A DNA stretch of 64,000 bases from Centroscyllium fabricii. Its lineage: Eukaryota. Position numbers and translations under genes: made by a program. The DNA is taken from positions 51,212,001 through 51,276,000 of the forward strand of contig JBNRSN020000003.1 of the NCBI GenBank assembly GCA_051313645.2, given 5' to 3'. The first letter of the stretch is position 1, and the number at the start of each line of letters is the position of its first letter. Under the pieces are notes generated by a model, which searched no databases, was not told the origin of the DNA, and worked only from the letters and a program-made list of their open reading frames with translations. Below, piece by piece: positions 45,890-58,680 of the stretch.

Positions 45890-46715
45890 TATCTTTTTAA
45901 AAACATCAACCTTCTAAACTCAAGGGAATACAAGCCATGTTTATGAAATCTGTCCTCATATTTTAACCCTTTAAGCCCTGCTGTCATTCTGCTGAATCTA
46001 TGCTGTATCCCCTTCAAGGCCATCTAAATCCCTTTGATCTCACATAGGTCCTAGTCTCTCACTATTAAAATAAATAAACCGATTTGCCTTCCTTGGATCC
46101 AAAGTGGATGAGCCGTGGATGACCTCACACTTCCCCACATTGAAATTCATCTGCCCTAGGTTTTTTTTTCCATTCAATTAGTCTTGTCTCTGTCCCTTTG
46201 GTAACTTCCTGCTCCCATCTACACAACATACTGTGCCTCTTAACTTAGTATTGATGCACGATCAATTATACTCAAGACGAAGTTAAGAATACAACTGAGG
46301 CTTTTATTAACTAAGAACTGGAGCACAGGTCTTATCTTGTTACTAACCGACCCCGGAATGCCACGAGGTCAGCAGGGCTGTGACCTTTATACGGCAGCCT
46401 GTGGGTGGAGCCCGGAGGCGGAGCCGGCTGAGGCATCCCAGGTAGGCAAGTGGCAACCACAGGAGGCAACTATACACAATGCAATGTTACAGTACAGATA
46501 ACTATATACATTGGTGGTAAACCGTATTACCACAAGTATCATCTGCAAACCTGGATATACAACTCTCTATTCCTTCATCCAAGTCATTGATGTATATGAT
46601 GAAAAACTGTGGTCCTAGTACAGATCCCTGGGGAACGCCATTCAGCACACTCCGCCAATCAGAAAATGTTCCCTTTATCCCTACTTTCTGTCTCCTACCT
46701 CCCAACCATGTCACA
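45890..46715 (-). mobile_element. Degraded CR1 RT fragment with nested solo LTR
   Basis: GVPQGSVLGP...YINDL...FADD. Confidence 0.8.
46252..46534 (-). mobile_element. Solo LTR (283 bp)
   Basis: TG...CA termini; 5-bp TSD AGTAT; TATAAA and AATAAA on the minus strand. Confidence 0.85.
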
Positions 46716-46786
46716 AGGTTAGCTACCTCTTATTAGTTCTCTTTATTAAGCCAACTTTTAACCAGTTCCACGTTCTACCCTGAGTT

Positions 46787-47256
46787 AGAAACATAGAAAC
46801 AAAGAAAATAGGTGCAGGAGTAGACCATTCGGTCCTTCGAGCCTGCACCGCCATTCAATGTGTTCATGGCTGAACATGCTACATCAGTACCCCATTCCTG
46901 CTTTCTCGCCATACCCCTTGATCCCCCTAGTTGTGAGTATTATATCTAACTCCCTTTTGAATATATTTAGCGAACTGGCCTCAACAACCTTCCACAGATT
47001 CACCACTCTCTGGGTGAAGAAGTTCCTCCTCATCTCCGTCTTGAATGGCCTCCCCTTTATCCTTAGACTGTGACCCCTGGTTCTAGTCTTCCCTAACATT
47101 GGAAACATTCTGCCCGCATCTAACTTGTCTAAACCAGTCAGGATTTTAAACGTCTCTATAAGATCCCCCCTCATTCTTCTGAACTCCAGAGGATACAAGT
47201 TCAGTTGATCCAGTCTTTCTTGATATGTCAGTCCGGCCATCCCAGGAATCAATCTA
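46787..47256 (-). mobile_element. CR1 LINE 3' fragment
   Basis: 122-aa C-terminal ORF and tail. Confidence 0.9.
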
Positions 47257-47554
47257 GTATAATTTTATTATGTATTTCATGTATTTTCTTTTTAGAAGCT
47301 TTCTGAATAGCACCGTAGGAGGTCCACTATCTACTTTAATATCGATATTCAAGGAGGATCTTCCCCTTCTATTCCTTTTTGAGCAACTGCTATATACGTT
47401 CTCATCCGGCCTACTCCTTAGAGGTTTTTTTTAAAACCAACTATTGCTAAAATTTGCCTAGGTCAGATTCCAACCACACCACCATCCCCACTTTATAAAT
47501 ATAGTTATTATATTTGCCTGCTCCCAGTCCTGTGAAACCTAGCCAGTACTCATT

Positions 47555-47762
47555 GGGCTAGAAATTGGTTTGCTTGCTTGCGCCAGCCGTTAGCGCCAAG
47601 ATATTCAGTTGCAGCGCCCCAGGAACGAGGTGGAGCGCTTCCAGGAGCGCCCCACCTCCTGCTTGGGGCGCTGCAACTGAATTTGCAGCAGAATGGCGCA
47701 AACTTTTTCGGGGCGCTAAAAGGTTAGTGCCCAAAAGGGGGGCGCCACTCAATTTTTCCCCC
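47555..47762. mobile_element. Short MITE (tagcgc family)
   Basis: gggctagaaattg / caatttttccccc; ATT TSD. Confidence 0.6.
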
Positions 47763-47864
47763 ATTAACTCTTACATATCTATAGCCAGTGTCTCAAAAAA
47801 TTTCCTCCTTACTCTGTTATGTGGTCATGGGGATTTGTTAATCGCAGTCATTACATTTAACAGC

Positions 47865-49545
47865 ACAGCAGGAAGCCATTTGGCCTATTGCTGGCTCCCT
47901 GAAAGATCAATCTTATCAATCCCATTCTCCAGCTTTTTTCCTATATTCTTTTAAGTTCTCCCTTTTCAAATATTTGTTGAATTCCTTTTTAAAAGCCATT
48001 TTGGATTCTGCTTCTACCATTGTTTCTGGTAGGGCATTCCATATCCTAACAACCCTCTGTGTAAAACAAATTCTCCTAACCTCTCCCTCCATTCTTTTGG
48101 TGATGACCTTAAATATGTGCCCGCTATTCGCCAAGTCCAACTCACTGACCAGCGGAAATAGTTTTAACCAATTTACTTTATCAAAACCTCTCATAATTTT
48201 GCATACTTTTATGAGACTTTCTCCTAACTTTCATTATTCTAATGAAAATAATCCCAGTTTCTCTTGTCTCCTCAAAATTAAAGCCTTTCTTCACTGGGAT
48301 CCCCTTATAAATGTCTTCTGCACTCTCTTCATGGCATTGACATCATTCCTAAAGTAGGGTGTCCAAAACTGGACAGAATGGGCCAGAAATTCCCCTGGAG
48401 CCTTCATGTGGGTGCAGTGCTGCTAGTTGCACTTACCCAGCACATCTGCCGTTTTGATTTTTTGCACTGTGACTTTCCGAGTTGCCCAGCTTGTCAGAGC
48501 TCTGTGCGAGCTTCATGGGCAACTGAAGGCCGTAATTAGTTCGAGATCTCTTTTGAGACCACGTGATTGGCAGGGAGCCAATCAGTGGAAGCAATCCTCC
48601 ATTCAAAACTTCCACGGAGAAATCTGTGTAAGTTTTGAAAGGATAGATGTTCCAAAACACATCTAAACTCAAAATTAAAATTTTAAAAACACCACATTTT
48701 TTTAACATTACTCCAACTAACATAAATAACCTATTTTAAAGAAAAAAGAAAAATTTACCGAAATATTTTTCAGTGTTTAACAGGCCTTAAAAAATACTTA
48801 CCTGTCTTTAAAGTTAACAATAATTAAAAACCTGAAAAAACAACAATTAAAATCAATAAAATAAAGACTTACCTGCTAAAAACGGGTGCTTACGACTCCT
48901 TTTTCCAAGCGTACAATCTTCTGTGCTTGGTCCGAAGAAAATCTTAAAAAAAAAAAACAGAATGTTGCGCTGGTTCCTGCGATAGCCATCGCTCGAACTC
49001 TGCCCCCCCCCCCCCCCTTCCCTGCTGGCCGCCTACGGAAAGCATGAAGCAGCGCAAATGGCTGCTTCATGCAGGTTTAAGCTCTGGTGCGCTCGCACCA
49101 GAGCTCAAACGAGATATGCGCGGCTCGGAAATACCGGGCCAATATTCTAACTGCAGCCTAACCAGTGATTTATATAGGTTTAGCATTACCTCTGTTTCTG
49201 TACTCTGTGCTCTTATTTCTAAAACGTAGGCTCCCATTAGCTGTTTCTACAGCTTTTTTAACTTGTCCTCCCACTTTTAAAGATTTGTACAGGTATATCT
49301 AAAGCCATAAGTCTCTCTGTTCCGTTACTCCTTTTTAAAATTTTAGTGTATATATCTTCATTTAATTTTTATCCCAAAATGCAACAACTCAGATTTCTCT
49401 TTGTAGATTTGATCTGCCCAATCTGTTAACTTGTCTAATGTCCTGCTGAAGCTAATTACAGTCCTCTTTGCAGTTAACCATGCTTCTTATTTTTGTGTTG
49501 TCTTCAGATTTTAATATTCTGCTCCCCATCCCAAAGTCCGCATCA
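47865..49545 (-). mobile_element. Old CR1 fragment with nested MITE at 48380-49140
   Basis: FTQRVVRIWNALP motif; MITE ends gggccagaaattcc / ggaaataccgggcc with AAT TSD. Confidence 0.75.
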
Positions 49546-49834
49546 TATATATTACCCATCCAATTAAGGACCCTCAACGAGCTCATTGAGCATCCCCAGC
49601 AGCGGCGGGCGGGAAACCTTCGGGGCGGGAAAACCAGCCTGAGGAAAATGGCAAATCGGCAGGGATCCGGCGGGGTGGGTTCCCGCCCGCCGGATTTGCG
49701 ATTTTAGACCCCGCCCCGCCGGAAACCCACACTCAGGGACCTCCGAAAATGCCCCCCCCCCCCCAACGATAGAGATTGATTGCTATGATTAGTCAACAAC
49801 TCCATTATTGTTGCATCATGCGACTACCAGGATG

Positions 49835-50196
49835 GGGCGGCACGGTGGCATAGTGGTTAGCACTGTTGCCTTACAGCACTAGAGACCCGGGTTCAAATCC
49901 AGCCTCGGGTACTATCTGTGTGGAGTTTGCACATTCTCCCCGTGTCTGTGTGGGTTTCCTCCGGGTGCTCCGGTTTCCTCCCACAGTCCAAAGATGTGCG
50001 GGTTAGGTTGATTGGCCAGGATAAATTGACCGTTAGTGTTGGGGGGATTGAATATGTGGGGTTGCGGGGATAGGGTGGGATATGTGTCGGTGCAGGCTCG
50101 ATAGGGATCGAGGGATATGGGGACAAGGCAGGGACAGGGTGCTGGGTTTGGATGATCAGCCATGACCTCATTGAATGGCGGAGCAGGCTCGAAGGG
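49835..50196 (+). mobile_element. HE1-like V-SINE, tail truncated
   Basis: head and V-domain; ends at gaaggg, followed by an inverted copy of the head. Confidence 0.9.
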
Positions 50197-50669
50197 AAAC
50201 AGTGCTAACCACTATGCCACCATACCGTTACCACTTGCATTACTCTTACTCTAGTCTATCTGTGAATAATTAAAGTCACCCATTTTATGGACCCATTGTT
50301 CTGGCATTTTTCTCTAATTCATCTGCATGTCTTTTTCTCTATTTCCTTTCCACTGTTTGGTGGTCTATAATAAACTCCCAACAGGGTAACCGTTCTCCTA
50401 TTCCTTAACTCTAACCAAAAAAGATTCAGCTTTTGTCCCATTCCCTCCACCATCCCTATGTTCAATGCTGTAATGGAATATTTAATTACCACCAACACCA
50501 CCTCCTCCGTTTGTTCCTACTCTATTCCTCTTTGATATTTTGTAACCAGGGATGTTCTGCTCCCAGTCTTTCCCTGGTCTAAGTTACATCTTTGTTAATG
50601 CTATGCTACCTTATAATTCAAGGAAATAATGCATAATTTGCAACAAACTGAGGCATAAAAACCTAAAAG

Positions 50670-52662
50670 GTAAAGTGATCCACCATGGCTAACAAAATAA
50701 ATTAAAGCGAGTATTAAGTCAAAGGAGGAAGCTTATAAAGCTGCCAGAAAAAGCAGTCAGCCTGAGGATCGGGATCTTTTTTGAGCACAAACTAGCGAAA
50801 AATATAAAAACGGATTGTAAAAGCTTCTATAGGTATGTCAAAAGGAAAAGACTGGTGAAGGTAAATGTAGGTCCTTTACAGTCAGAGACGGGAGAATATA
50901 TAATGGGAAATGAGGAAATGGCTGGGAAATTAAATAAATACTTTGTTTCTGTCTTCACGGAGGAAGCCACAAAAACCTCCCAGAAATACGAGAAAACCAA
51001 GGGTGTGGTGAGAATGAGGAACTTAAAGAAATTATTATTAGTAAAAAAAAACAGTCCTAGCAAAATTAATGGGACTATAGGTCGATAAATCCCATGGACC
51101 AGATGACCTACATCCTAGGGTTTTGAAAGAGGTGGCCATTGGAATAGTGGACACATTAGTTGTCATCTTCCAAAATTCTATAGATTCTGGAACAGTTCCT
51201 GCAGATTGGAGGATAGCAAGTGTAACCCTGCTATTTAAGAAAGGCGGGAGAGAGAAAACAGGGAACTACAGTCCTGTTAGCCCCACATCAGTAGTTGGAA
51301 AAATGCTGGAATCTATTATAAAGGATGCAATAACTGGGTACTTAGAAACTAATAGTAAGATTGGGCAGAGTCAACATGGATTTATGAAAGGGAAATCCTG
51401 TTTGACAAACGTATTGAAGTCCTTTGAGGATGTAACTAGTGAAGTAGACAAAGGGGAACCAGTAGATGTGGTGTATCTGGATTTTCAGAAGGCCTTCAAT
51501 AAGGTCCCACACAAGAGGTTGGTGAACAAAATGAGGGCACATAGAATTGGGGGTAATAAACTAGCATGGATTGAGAATTGGTTAACAGACAGAAAACATA
51601 GAGTAGGGATAAATGGGTCTTTTTCAGGATGGCAGGCTGTGACTATTGAAGTACCACAAGGATCGGTGCTTGGGCCCCAGCTATTCACAATCTATATCAA
51701 TGATTTGGATGAGGGGACTAAATGTAACATTTCCAAATTTGCTGATGATACAAAGCTACGTGGCAGTGTCAGTTGCGAAGAGGATGTGAAGAGACTTCAA
51801 GGGGATCTCGACAGGCTCAGTGAGTGGGCAAGAACATGGCAGATGGAATATAATGTGGATAAATGTGAAGTTATCCACCTTGGTAGAAAAAACAGAAAGG
51901 CAGAGTATTTCCTAAATGGTGAAAGATTGGGGAATGCAGACGCTCAAAGGGACCTGGGTGTCCTTGTACATGAGTCATTGAAAGTGAATGTGTAGGTGCA
52001 GAAAGTCATTAGGAAGGCAAATGGTATGCTGGCCTTCATTACAAGAGGATTTGAGTACAGGAGTAAAGAAGTCTTACTCCAATTACATAGGGCCTTGGTG
52101 AGACAACACCTGGAGTACTGTGTACAATTTTGGTCTCCTTACCTAAAGAAGGATATACTTGCCATAGAGGGAATGCAATGAAGGTTCACGAGATTGTTTC
52201 CTGGGATGGTGGGACTGTCATATGAGAAGAGATTGAGTAAACTAGGCCTGTATACTCTTGAATTCAGAAGAATGAGAGGGGATCTCATTGAAGCATGCAA
52301 AATGATTACAGGGCTTGATAGGATGGATGCTGGGAGAATGTTTCCCTTAGCTGGAGAGTCTAGAACCAGGAGCCACAGCAAAATAAAGGGTAGGCCATTC
52401 GGGACTGAGATGAGAAGACATTTTTTCACACAGAGGGTGGTGAATCTTTGGAATTCTCTACCCCAGAGGGCTGTGGAGGCTCAGTCATTGGGTATATTCA
52501 AAACAGAAGTCGATAGATTTCTGACTAGTAAGGGCATCAAGGGATATGGCGATCGGGCCGGTGAATGGAGTTGAGGCTGAAGATCAGCCATGATCTCATT
52601 GAATGGCGGAGCAGGCTCGAGGGGCCGAATGGCCTACTCCTGCTCCTATTTCTTATGTTCTA
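50670..52662 (+). mobile_element. CR1 LINE, 5' truncated
   Basis: 290-aa RT segment ([16 protein letters not shown]) plus C-terminus and tail. Confidence 0.93.
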
Positions 52663-53157
52663 AAGTTCTCATATCCCTTCGCCTGGCAATTTGTACCTTT
52701 GATGCTTAATACCCGGGCGTGGTAAAACGTAAATCTACCCCAATTCTCTAGAGGTCGGTAAACTAGGGTAGAGGTAACCAGAATGCCCAGTTAGTATGAA
52801 AAGTACTCAGAGTATCCCTCACATTCACTGGGTACCATGAATAACTGAGGAACCTCCGAGAGGAGGAGGAGTACCCGATGAGTAGCCACATGCCCCTCAC
52901 ATAAATTTAAGCCACCCTCATTACTCCTCCTACTCAACAAAAATGTCCTTTCTTTTAAAATTAAGTTCTGTCTGATAGCATTTTAAGAGGTCATCACATC
53001 TTCTTCGACGATAGAAATTGGACATAAAATTGGCAAATTTGGTGATTTTTGGCAGATGGACCATGGCAGCGTAATGGGAGAGTTTGTGGACCTGACAGCC
53101 ATGTTGCAAATATTTGGTAAATTAGACTTAATTGTATAATAAATGTGTTTTACCCAG

Positions 53158-53285
53158 GCTGAGCAAACAAAAGAACAACAAAAGCAGGAGTGGAAGGCTG
53201 AGAAGCTGATGAGGAAGGCCTCCAAGGAGGTGTGCAGGCTACGAGAGCAGAGCCAGAAGGTGCCACTGCAGGTCCAGACATTCAG
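53158..53285 (+). CDS. WWC2: WWC2 penultimate coding exon
   Basis: cccag|GCT...TTCAG|gtcaga; AEQTKEQQKQEWKAEKLMRKASKEVCRLREQSQKVPLQVQTFR. Confidence 0.95.
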
Positions 53286-53559
53286 GTCAGACTCTTTTTC
53301 CAGATATAAAAAGGGTTCACAGTTCGGAGAAGAATACTGCATTTACAAGTGATTCCACAAGATACCAGGCTCATAGTGCTGTTGGAATTCAGCCTGTTTA
53401 CTTCACAAGGCAGCTTTCACTGCAGTGATGGCAGCACTGAAACGACTGCTGTTGGAGATTGGCCACTAAAGTTTCTGACTTTAGACCTTCCTGATGTCAG
53501 AGGAAGAGCCAGCGATGCAAAAACTGCTTACATTTACAGCTAGTGACATTAGAGTCATA

Positions 53560-54411
53560 GGGCGCGAAATTGGAGCCTTAGCGCCGTCTGTTGAGCGTCG
53601 TAAAATGGGCACTAAATTCACCACCCGACCAGCGCCGGCACTGAATGTTAGTGCACGCTAATTTGCGATTGGCAATCGTCGTGCAACGCCCAATCGCTGG
53701 ACTGCCCCCGAAAATCGCCTTTGCGCCAGTCCCCCCGCCGCAGCGCTGCCAGCGCCAGCTTTGGCAAGCGCTGCTGAGGGTCTGAGTGGCCGCTGCAGCG
53801 CTGCTAAAAGGGCGACCCTCCCTTTCCTCGGTAGCCTCTTCGGCCCGAGATCGGCCAGTTGCTGCAGGAGGGGGGGGGGGGGGCAGCCCGAGATTGGCCA
53901 GATGCTGAGGGAGGGGGGTCAGCCCGAGATTGGCCAGTTGCTGAGGGGGGTCGGGCGAGATCGGGGAGATGAAGAGGGGCATTGGCAGAGATCGGGGTGA
54001 TGATGAGGGGGGTCGGACGAGATCGGGCAGATGCTGAGGGGGGTCGGGCGAGATCGGGCAGATGATGAGGGGGGTCGGGCGGCCCGAGATCGGGGAGATG
54101 ATGTGGGGCATTGGCAGAGATCGGGGAGATGATGAGGGAGGGATGCTGACACATCATGCACTGTTTCCCCAACCCCTTTATTACCTGTCCAGCTCCAGAA
54201 TACATGGGAAAGCAAGGAGTTGCTGAAGGAGCGCTGCGCCCGCGATCGGCAATTAGCGCCACGAAATTTGGCGTTTGCACCCGTGCAACGCTAGATTTAG
54301 CGCTAAAATTTGCAAGGCTGGCGCAAAACCCAATATTGGGCGCTCCGGTGCTAATTTTAGTGCTGTGCCCATTTTAGCGCCCCGAATCATGCGCTCACCA
54401 ATTTCGCGCCC
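53560..54411. mobile_element. MITE (tagcgc family) with G-rich internal minisatellite, inserted in a CR1 tail
   Basis: 14-bp TIRs gggcgcgaaattgg / ccaatttcgcgccc; gagatcggg...gatgatgagggggg repeats at 53845-54140. Confidence 0.85.
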
Positions 54412-54978
54412 ATGGAGTTGTACAGCACAGAAAGAGGCCCTTCGGCCCATCGTATCCGCACCGGCCATCAAACTCTTTCTATTCTAATCCCATTTTCCAG
54501 CACTTGGTCCGTAGCCTTGTATGTTATGGCATCTCAAGTGCTCATCTAAATGCCTGTTAAATGTTGTGAGGGCTCCTGCCTCCACCACCCTTTCAGGCAG
54601 TGAGTTCCAGACTCCAACCACCCTCTGGGTGAAAAAGTTCCTCCTCAAATCCCCCCTAAACCTCCCGCCCCTCATCACCCCTAAACCTTGAAACTATGCC
54701 CCCTGGTTATTGACCCCTCTACTAAGGGAAAAAGTTCCTTTCTATCTATCCTATCTATGCCCCATATAATTTTGTACACCTCAATCAGGTCCCCCCTCAG
54801 CCTTCTCTGCTCCAAGGAAAACAACCCCAGCCTGTCCAGTCTTTCTTCATAGCTGAAGCGCTCCAGCCCAGGTAACATTCTGGTGAATCTCTTCTGTACC
54901 CTCTCCAAACCAATCACATCCTTCCTATAGTGTGGCGACCAGAACTGCACACAGTATTCCAGCTGTGGCCTTACTAGC
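54412..54978 (-). mobile_element. CR1 LINE 3' fragment (same family as 26257-26994)
   Basis: QFWSPHYRKD...RRLRGDLIEVYK. Confidence 0.9.
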
Positions 54979-55344
54979 GCATGGTAGTATTGTACCTCTC
55001 ATGGCACGGAGAGCTAGAGAGAGTAAAGGTTCCTCTTCCCTCTGCCTGGGGAATCCGAAAAATGAGCAAAAATAGTTACTCCACCTTGCCTGCCCTGCCC
55101 TGGTGTTTCCTGGGGCTTCCACAACCAGCGTAAATGGTCTGCTGTAGGCATGCGCCCAGCGTTGTTATGATAATGAAGTGGGGTGGGGGGGGCACAGTTT
55201 CAAGCAATCGCAGCCATCTGGCGGCTGCTTTACAGCCAGGGGAACAGGCCTGCGCTTATAGATCCCCCCCAGCCATACAAATGACCCAGTGAAGAAAAAC
55301 AGGGGCAGCTGTACCTGTCAGGCACCCAGCAAGTGCCCATAGAG

Positions 55345-55900
55345 GAATATGCAGTTTTGGTACCTTATCTGAGGAAGGATGCTCTTGCCATGGAAGGAGT
55401 GCAGCGAAGATTCACCAGGCTGAAACCTGGGATGGCAGGAATGACGTATGAGGAGAGATTGGGTTAATTGGGCTTATACTCACTGGAGTTTAGAAGAATG
55501 AGAGAGGATCTCATTGAAACTTATAAAATTCTAACAGGACTGGACAGACTAGATGCAGGAAGGATGTTCCCGATGGCGGTGGAGCCCAGAACCTTGGGTC
55601 ACATTCTAAGGATAAGCGGTAAACCATTTAGGACAGAGATGAGGAGGAATTTCTTCACCCAGAGAGTGGTGAGCCTGTGGAATTCTCTACCACAGAAGGC
55701 AGTTGAGGCCAATTCATTAAATATATTCAGGAAGGGGTTGGATATATTTCTTAAGGCTAAAGGGATCAAGGGATATGGGGAGAAGGCAGGGACAGGGTAC
55801 TGAATTTGGATGATCAGCCATGATCTCATTAAATGGCGGAGCAGGCTCGAGGGGCCGAATGGCCTACTCCTGCTCCTATCTTCTATGTTTCTGTGTTTCG
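55345..55900 (+). mobile_element. CR1/HER1-like 3' fragment
   Basis: GLYSLEFRRMR...FFTQRVV; tail. Confidence 0.9.
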
Positions 55901-56204
55901 ATGAATATCTAGCCCACCTCCCACCACCCCTGAAGTAACTTCCTGTGCAACTGGAAGCACCAGCATCATCTCATTTACGTTGTACTACTACTCCCACAGT
56001 CATGGGGGTAGAAAACAAGATTTGGAGAAGTTTTAATTTTCCTCACAGGGGATACTGACTACTATCGAACCCCCCACATCTAATGGTGGGACTTGGCAGA
56101 TTTGAAAGTCACAAAGTGTCCATATTGATACTGTGCTGATGGTACTAGGACTTATTACTCTTGTTATTGCTGCCATCCAGTAATATAAAGGAAAAACAAA
56201 GAAG

Positions 56205-56720
56205 GAAATAACTTGCATTTCTATAGTGTCTTTCACAATTTCAGGATGTCCCAAAGCGTTTTACAGCCAATGAAGTACTTTTGAAGTGTAGTCACCGTTA
56301 TAATGTAGGAAACGCGGCTGCAAAATTGCACACTGTAAGCTCCCACAAACAGCAATGAGAGAAATGTTTTAAAATAAAAACAGAAAATGCTGGAAATACT
56401 CAGCAGGTTAGGCAGCATCTGTGAAGAGAGAAACAGAGTTAACATTTCGGGTCAATGACCTTTCGTCAGAACTTGGAGAAATGTTTTAGCTGTTGGTTGA
56501 AGAATAAATGTTGGCCAGGATACCAGGAGAACTGTCCTGCTCTTCAAAGTAGTGCCATGGGATTTTTTACAGCCACCTGAGATGGGAGACAGGCCTCAGT
56601 TTAATGTCTCGTCGAAAGACGGCACCTCCGACAGTGCAGCACCCCCTCAGTACTGTATTGCAGTGCCAGCCTAGATCATGTGATCAAGTCTCTAGTGTGG
56701 GACTTGAACCCACAACCTTG
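56205..56720 (-). mobile_element. Deu-SINE with nested Penelope pLTR fragment (about 56370-56475)
   Basis: reverse complement of the 15040-15500 family. Confidence 0.8.
56437..56473 (-). ncRNA. Degenerate minimal hammerhead motif
   Basis: agtt-CTGACGA-aaggtcattgaccc-GAAA-tgtt-aact; stem III carries a probable CpG-type mutation. Confidence 0.55.
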
Positions 56721-57247
56721 AACGTCACACCTCTGATGGCAGCTGAGCCTCTGCAGTACGCACTGGAGGCAGTGAAAAACCTGCGCCTTCTTCCTATTGG
56801 CCCTGCAACAGGATGAACAATCATCGGTGGTGCTTTAGAAAATTAACAGGAATAAAGCAACTCTCACAGGTCTCTGCTTCAGCACTGATCTCCAGCACTT
56901 TAGCATCAAAATAAAAACCCCTTTAGTTTCTCCGATGGATAAATGCAACGGCCTGTCTAACAGAAAATCATACAGACTAGAAGGTTCCAGCTTCAATTCG
57001 GGTTCCAGCTTCAATTCCCGTCTGGTGCGGAGTTAATCACAACTAAGCCCAATCCTGCCCTTCCCGATATCTGCTCAGATCCACCGCTGCATACACGTGC
57101 TGGCTTTTGTGAGCTCTCTAGCAGATCTACATACCTCACATGACAGCACATCTCGCAGGGTTGGGCTGGGAAACTGCTATTCTATCAGTGGTCTTGTAAA
57201 ATCCTTGCCTGTGGTTGGAAAAGGCACTGTCACTCACTCATAAAATA

Positions 57248-57698
57248 AAGACTTGCATTTATATAGCACCTTTCACGACCTCAGGACATCCCAAAGCACT
57301 TCGCAGCCAATGAAGTAGTTTGAAGTGTAGTCACTGTTGCAATCTAGGAAACACGGCAGCCAATTTGCACACAGCAAGCTCCCACAAACAGCAATGTAAT
57401 AATGACTAGATAACCTGAGTTTAGTCATGTTGGTTGAGGGATAAATATTCGTCAGGACACCGGGGAGAACTCCCCTGCTCTTCTTCAAGATAGTGCCATG
57501 GGATCTTCTACGTCCAACTGAGAGGGCAGACAGGGCCTCGGTTTAGCGTCTCATCTGAAAGACGGCACCTCCGACAGTGCAGCACTCCCTCAGCACTGCA
57601 CTGGGAGCGTCAGCCTAGATTTCTGTGCTCAAGTCTCTGGAGTGGGACTTGAACCCACAATCTTCTGACTCCGAGGTGAGGGTGCTGCCCACTGAGTC
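57248..57698 (-). mobile_element. Deu-SINE
   Basis: well-preserved Deu domain and tRNA-like head. Confidence 0.88.
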
Positions 57699-57777
57699 AA
57701 AGTGGGGCAAGCAGAAATGGAGGACAAAAGATAATTCATAACACAAACTAAACAATTGTTTTATCTGCTAATTACAG

Positions 57778-57844
57778 GGAGAAGATGGCGTTTTTCACCA
57801 GAGCAAAGATCAGCATCCCGTCACTACCCGCTGATGATGTATAA
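57778..57844 (+). CDS. WWC2: WWC2 last coding exon with PDZ-binding motif and stop
   Basis: tacag|G; EKMAFFTRAKISIPSLPADDV-TAA. The AKISIPSLPADDV end is WWC2-like rather than WWC1 or WWC3, by recalled sequences. Confidence 0.95.
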
Positions 57845-58680
57845 TCTAGTTTATCATGTAGATTTCAAAGTATTTTTCAGCATTTTAGCAGATTTTGATA
57901 GTTAGCTGGCTAAAATCTTTTCGAGCATTCTGGTGATATAGATATAACGTATTTGTAAAATAATTGTAATTGAATACCTCTGTATGTAAAAAAAATGGTT
58001 TTTGTCAGAGAAAAACCAAAAGTAGTGAAATTCTGATGCAGTCATGCTAATTTTGTACAGTTTGTATGTATGTTTTTTTGGTGTGCTTTTATTTTGTAAA
58101 GATGGGATACAGGAATGGTGGCAGTTCAAAAAAATGTATTCTGTTGAACAGCACTGCATTTTATTAGAAAAAGTCTACCCCCTCTACCCCACCCCTCTCC
58201 CGTTCAACAGAAGATATTTTATTCTTTGTCAATGTTTTCATAAGATCAGACTATGATTGTGGCTGTGAGCCACGGAATATTTTTGTACAAGGGTTGTGAA
58301 GCTGTAGGTTTCTTTTTTGTTTGGCGTGTGTTCCTCTCGATTCTGTGACAGTGCTTTTCGAGACCAGTGTTTGCATGGTATTCACCTTCCACCTACGCCT
58401 CAATGTTCTTTCCCCCACCCCCCGTGCATCTATTCTCACCTCTGCACAGGGATGGGAGTGGCCTTGTGGGCGGTGAGTCCAAAGCTCCTTCCTATGTGAA
58501 GTGTACGGCATTGTCCGTTGACCAGTCGCTCTTGCTTGGCTTTTCTGGAGCTGGAGGCAGCATCACACCTCGGTGACCTTGTGATTGTGCGTGCTGCTGC
58601 TACCGCTTCCTTTCGCGAAAAACGGCAAAATAATCATTTGACCCTTTGAGCACTGCTTTCGGTTTGGAAATTTAAAACAA

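Noticed and set aside
50260-50590. Possible 5' inversion (twin priming) of the CR1 at 50670-52662
   Set aside because: The minus-strand endonuclease fragment (LGVYYRPPNS) looks older, and no shared TSD could be identified; probably an independent insertion.
53578-54280. Repetitive 177-aa and 158-aa ORFs
   Set aside because: Translations of the G-rich minisatellite.
1436-57844. Assignment as WWC1/KIBRA or WWC3
   Set aside because: The C-terminus AKISIPSLPADDV and RSQTFSPGERNQYICR fit recalled WWC2 better; phylogeny or synteny is needed for certainty.
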